Of a stretch of DNA of 64,000 nt, positions 57,042 to 64,000 are shown one piece after another. The stretch is from Chrysomallon squamiferum (Eukaryota; Animalia; Mollusca), in contig CM022674.1 of the NCBI GenBank assembly GCA_012295275.1, positions 6,138,001 to 6,202,000 of the forward strand. The letters are read 5' to 3'. Under the pieces are notes generated by a model that saw only the letters and a program-made list of their open reading frames with translations, was not told the DNA's origin and made no database searches. The position numbers were made by a program, and so were the translations under genes. Position 1 is the stretch's first letter; each line of letters starts with the position of its first letter.

Positions 57042-58364
57042 AAGAAAGAGCGAAAAGACTGTTAAAGGGAGGTAAGAAAAATTAAAATTAAAGTTATTTG
57101 TAATTGTAAATATTTACAGTCTTACCTCATTGTTAAAGTTGCTGAGCGCAGTCCATCAAACGAACTTACGACCACAATAAAGAAAAACAAGACCTTTTAT
57201 AGTCTAACAGATGGTTTCATTTTCAATTATTATTATTATTATCAGTTGTTTCATAGGATATCGCAATGGAACAGACGATGAAAATTCGAGATAAAATATT
57301 TAATGAAAAAAAAACAAAAAAAACAAGTGATGATGAAATCAGTTCAATAAACTCAAAACGTGTATCAATTCTGGCAGCCGAAAGGGATGCACTAGAAAAA
57401 AAAACAAAAAAAAACAAAACCGAAATTTATTAAATTGGAATTGACGTCATCAGCATTGCCTTGCAGTTACTTTTCTATTTTCGGTAAGTAGATACAGCTT
57501 ATCAGTGATGTATCGCTGATAGCAGTCTTTGCGTAATATTAAATATGTAGTAATTTAGACGTAATGGTAGTTTACATTCTTTAGGCTGTGTTGCTCATAA
57601 GCAAACAAGTACATACAACATTACACGTCATATTCAAATAATCGTCAGCATAACGCTAAACACGTGGTGTGTATTTGGACGACAGACAGTTATAAATGTC
57701 GCGTTTTTAAATAATTTCTAAGTTGTTGTCTTTTCTGAACAGACAGTAACTGTATTAATTTAAAAAACAGATGGTCTTAACCGGTATTATTATTATTATT
57801 GTTGTTGTTCTTCTTCTTCTTGTTCTTGTTCTTGTTGTTGTTGTTGTTGTTGTTGTTGTTCTTCTTCTTCTTGTCGTTGTCGTTGTCGTTTCGTTGTCGT
57901 TGTTGTTGTTGTTGTTTTTTGTTCGTTGTTTGTTTATTTATTTAATTATTATTATTATTAGTAGTAGTAGTATTAGTAGTATTATTTTACGCACAGTACA
58001 AGAAAATGCAAATACAATGCACATATTATTACAAAGTGAAATTCATCTTCAGTGTCATCCAGTTTACACAACATTTTTCTCTTAAAGTTTTCGTTCAGTT
58101 TAAAATCAATGAATACGTGAAACACGAAACTTTGGTTGAATATGAAAAACAAATTTGTCTTCAGATTTTATTTTTTTTTTTTTTTTTTTTTTTATTACAG
58201 TGATCTGACAGGAGGTGGTTAACACTGTTTATAAATATTACAAGATTATCAATCTGCTAATTAAACCATACACGTCCAGACGAGAATTTTGTCATAAGTG
58301 CTTAAAGTTTATTTTCTGTAGTGTCTTATTCTGTATTTCTGTAATAGTAACTAATAAATAATAC

Positions 58365-58463
<99 letters not shown>

Positions 58464-58503
58464 AATAATAATGATAATAGAAATAATAATAATAGTGATA
58501 ATG

Positions 58504-58554
<51 letters not shown>

Positions 58555-59079
58555 TGAAGAAGAAGAAGAAGAAGAATGATGATGAAGATGATGATAATGA
58601 TAACAGCGCGTGGCACACTGCGAGACTTCCTGCTTCAAATCCTGACACCAGTTTGAAACCGAGGCTGAAGTTATCAATATTAATTAACTAGACAAACGTT
58701 TGTTTTTTTATTGTCTGTGAAGTTAATTATCTGTGATACTAACGAAGGTGTTCACTGACAAATGTAAGTGTTAAGGAATCACTGAGCTTCATACAGAAAT
58801 GAAAAAAAAAACCCAAAGAACCGGAAAGAACAAGATCAATTAATTCAAACTCATAAAGGACAATACTATTCCGTCATCTAAATCAGTCTTATATATTTGT
58901 GCTCTGAATTTTGAATTTAAAATTGTTCTGTCATTGTAAAGTTTAAATGATATTAATACAATTTAACATTTCTGTAATATTATTCTAAATTCAGTTTCAA
59001 AAGTTCAGTTTACGCCATCTTTATTGATGAACCCCGAGATTAGTTTGCTATAACTTCATATTTACAGTAGTAAAGAGAC

Positions 59080-59203
59080 AGGTCAGATGTCAAGGTCAGA
59101 CGTTAAGGTCAGATGTTAAGGTCAGATGTTAAGGTCAGACGTTAAGGTCAGATGTTAAGGTCAGACGTTAAGGTCAGATGTTAAGGTCAGTGAACTTTGA
59201 ACT
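59080..59203 (+). repeat. 13-bp tandem repeat (AAGGTCAGAYGTT) containing nine AGGTCA hexamers and ending in AGGTCA-G-TGAACT
   Basis: AGGTCA at 59080, 59093, 59106, 59119, 59132, 59145, 59158, 59171, 59184; TGAACT at 59191 and 59198. Confidence 0.9.
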
Positions 59204-59821
59204 CTAGACTCGATCCCTTGTCTCACTCTAAGTCTCGCTATCACTCTAAGTTTGGGGGCTGGCGGGGAGAGTGGTAACAAGTCTAATAATAACACAAGGG
59301 AACCAGGCCATTTAAAACTGGGTGCACATTTGAAATAAATTAATGTAACAGTCCAATAATTGTTCTTCTAAGGCCAGTTTTCTGTACGATTCAGCCCGTT
59401 TCGATTCAATTCGGTATTTTTCGTTTTTTGTTTTAGCATTTAACGGAGCTGACCGATTTTACAACATAAATACCACAGACTTAACTGTCTTGTGATTGTC
59501 TTTCTTTCCCCCTGTGTCTCTGTCTCTGTCTGTCTCTGTCTCTCTCACTGAAACACAGCCACATTTTCAGATATCATTTGACCATTGCAAACGAAAATTA
59601 ATAATCATTTATGAAAATAAACTTCTTCTGGAGAAATGCTATTTTTATTCTTTTTTTTGTATTTTTGATTTTATTATGTATATGTATATGTATATGAATG
59701 TGTATATATATATGTGCATATGTATGCGCATGTGTATGTATATGTATAATGTGTATGTGCATGGGTATGTATATGAGGTAACGAAAGACTACAAGAGTAA
59801 TTATATTTATTTAGTCAGAAT

Positions 59822-64000
<4,179 letters not shown>

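Overview
AT-rich, microsatellite-laden, intron-containing animal DNA, most consistent with a mollusc-type genome (inference from the gene content). Most entries in the supplied ORF track are microsatellite artefacts; the real genes appear only when exons are joined by hand using GT-AG sites and codon phase. Right part (49.4-64 kb, - strand): two tandem glycoside hydrolase family 9 (GH9) endo-beta-1,4-glucanase genes. GH9-1 is complete (12 coding exons, 516 aa, signal peptide plus short linker, no carbohydrate-binding module). GH9-2 runs off the window, has a His/Cys-rich loop insertion and a 2-nt frameshift. Left part (0.7-47.6 kb): an expanding and decaying cluster of a 5-exon gene encoding a ~255-aa secreted protein made only of two CBM2-like domains with no catalytic domain. 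There are four intact copies (7571-11317 +, 20860-24100 +, 30977-35482 +, 41052-46540 -) and many pseudogene fragments, partly arranged in two multi-kb palindromes. The signal-peptide exon of these genes resembles that of GH9-1 and a GH9 exon fragment lies inside the cluster, so the locus looks like a split cellulase system: CBM-less GH9 enzymes next to an amplified, diversifying family of stand-alone double-CBM2 proteins. A defective Tc1 element (DD34E) and a decayed MULE element with a 9-bp TSD are also present. All family assignments come from motif recognition by eye; no database search was run.
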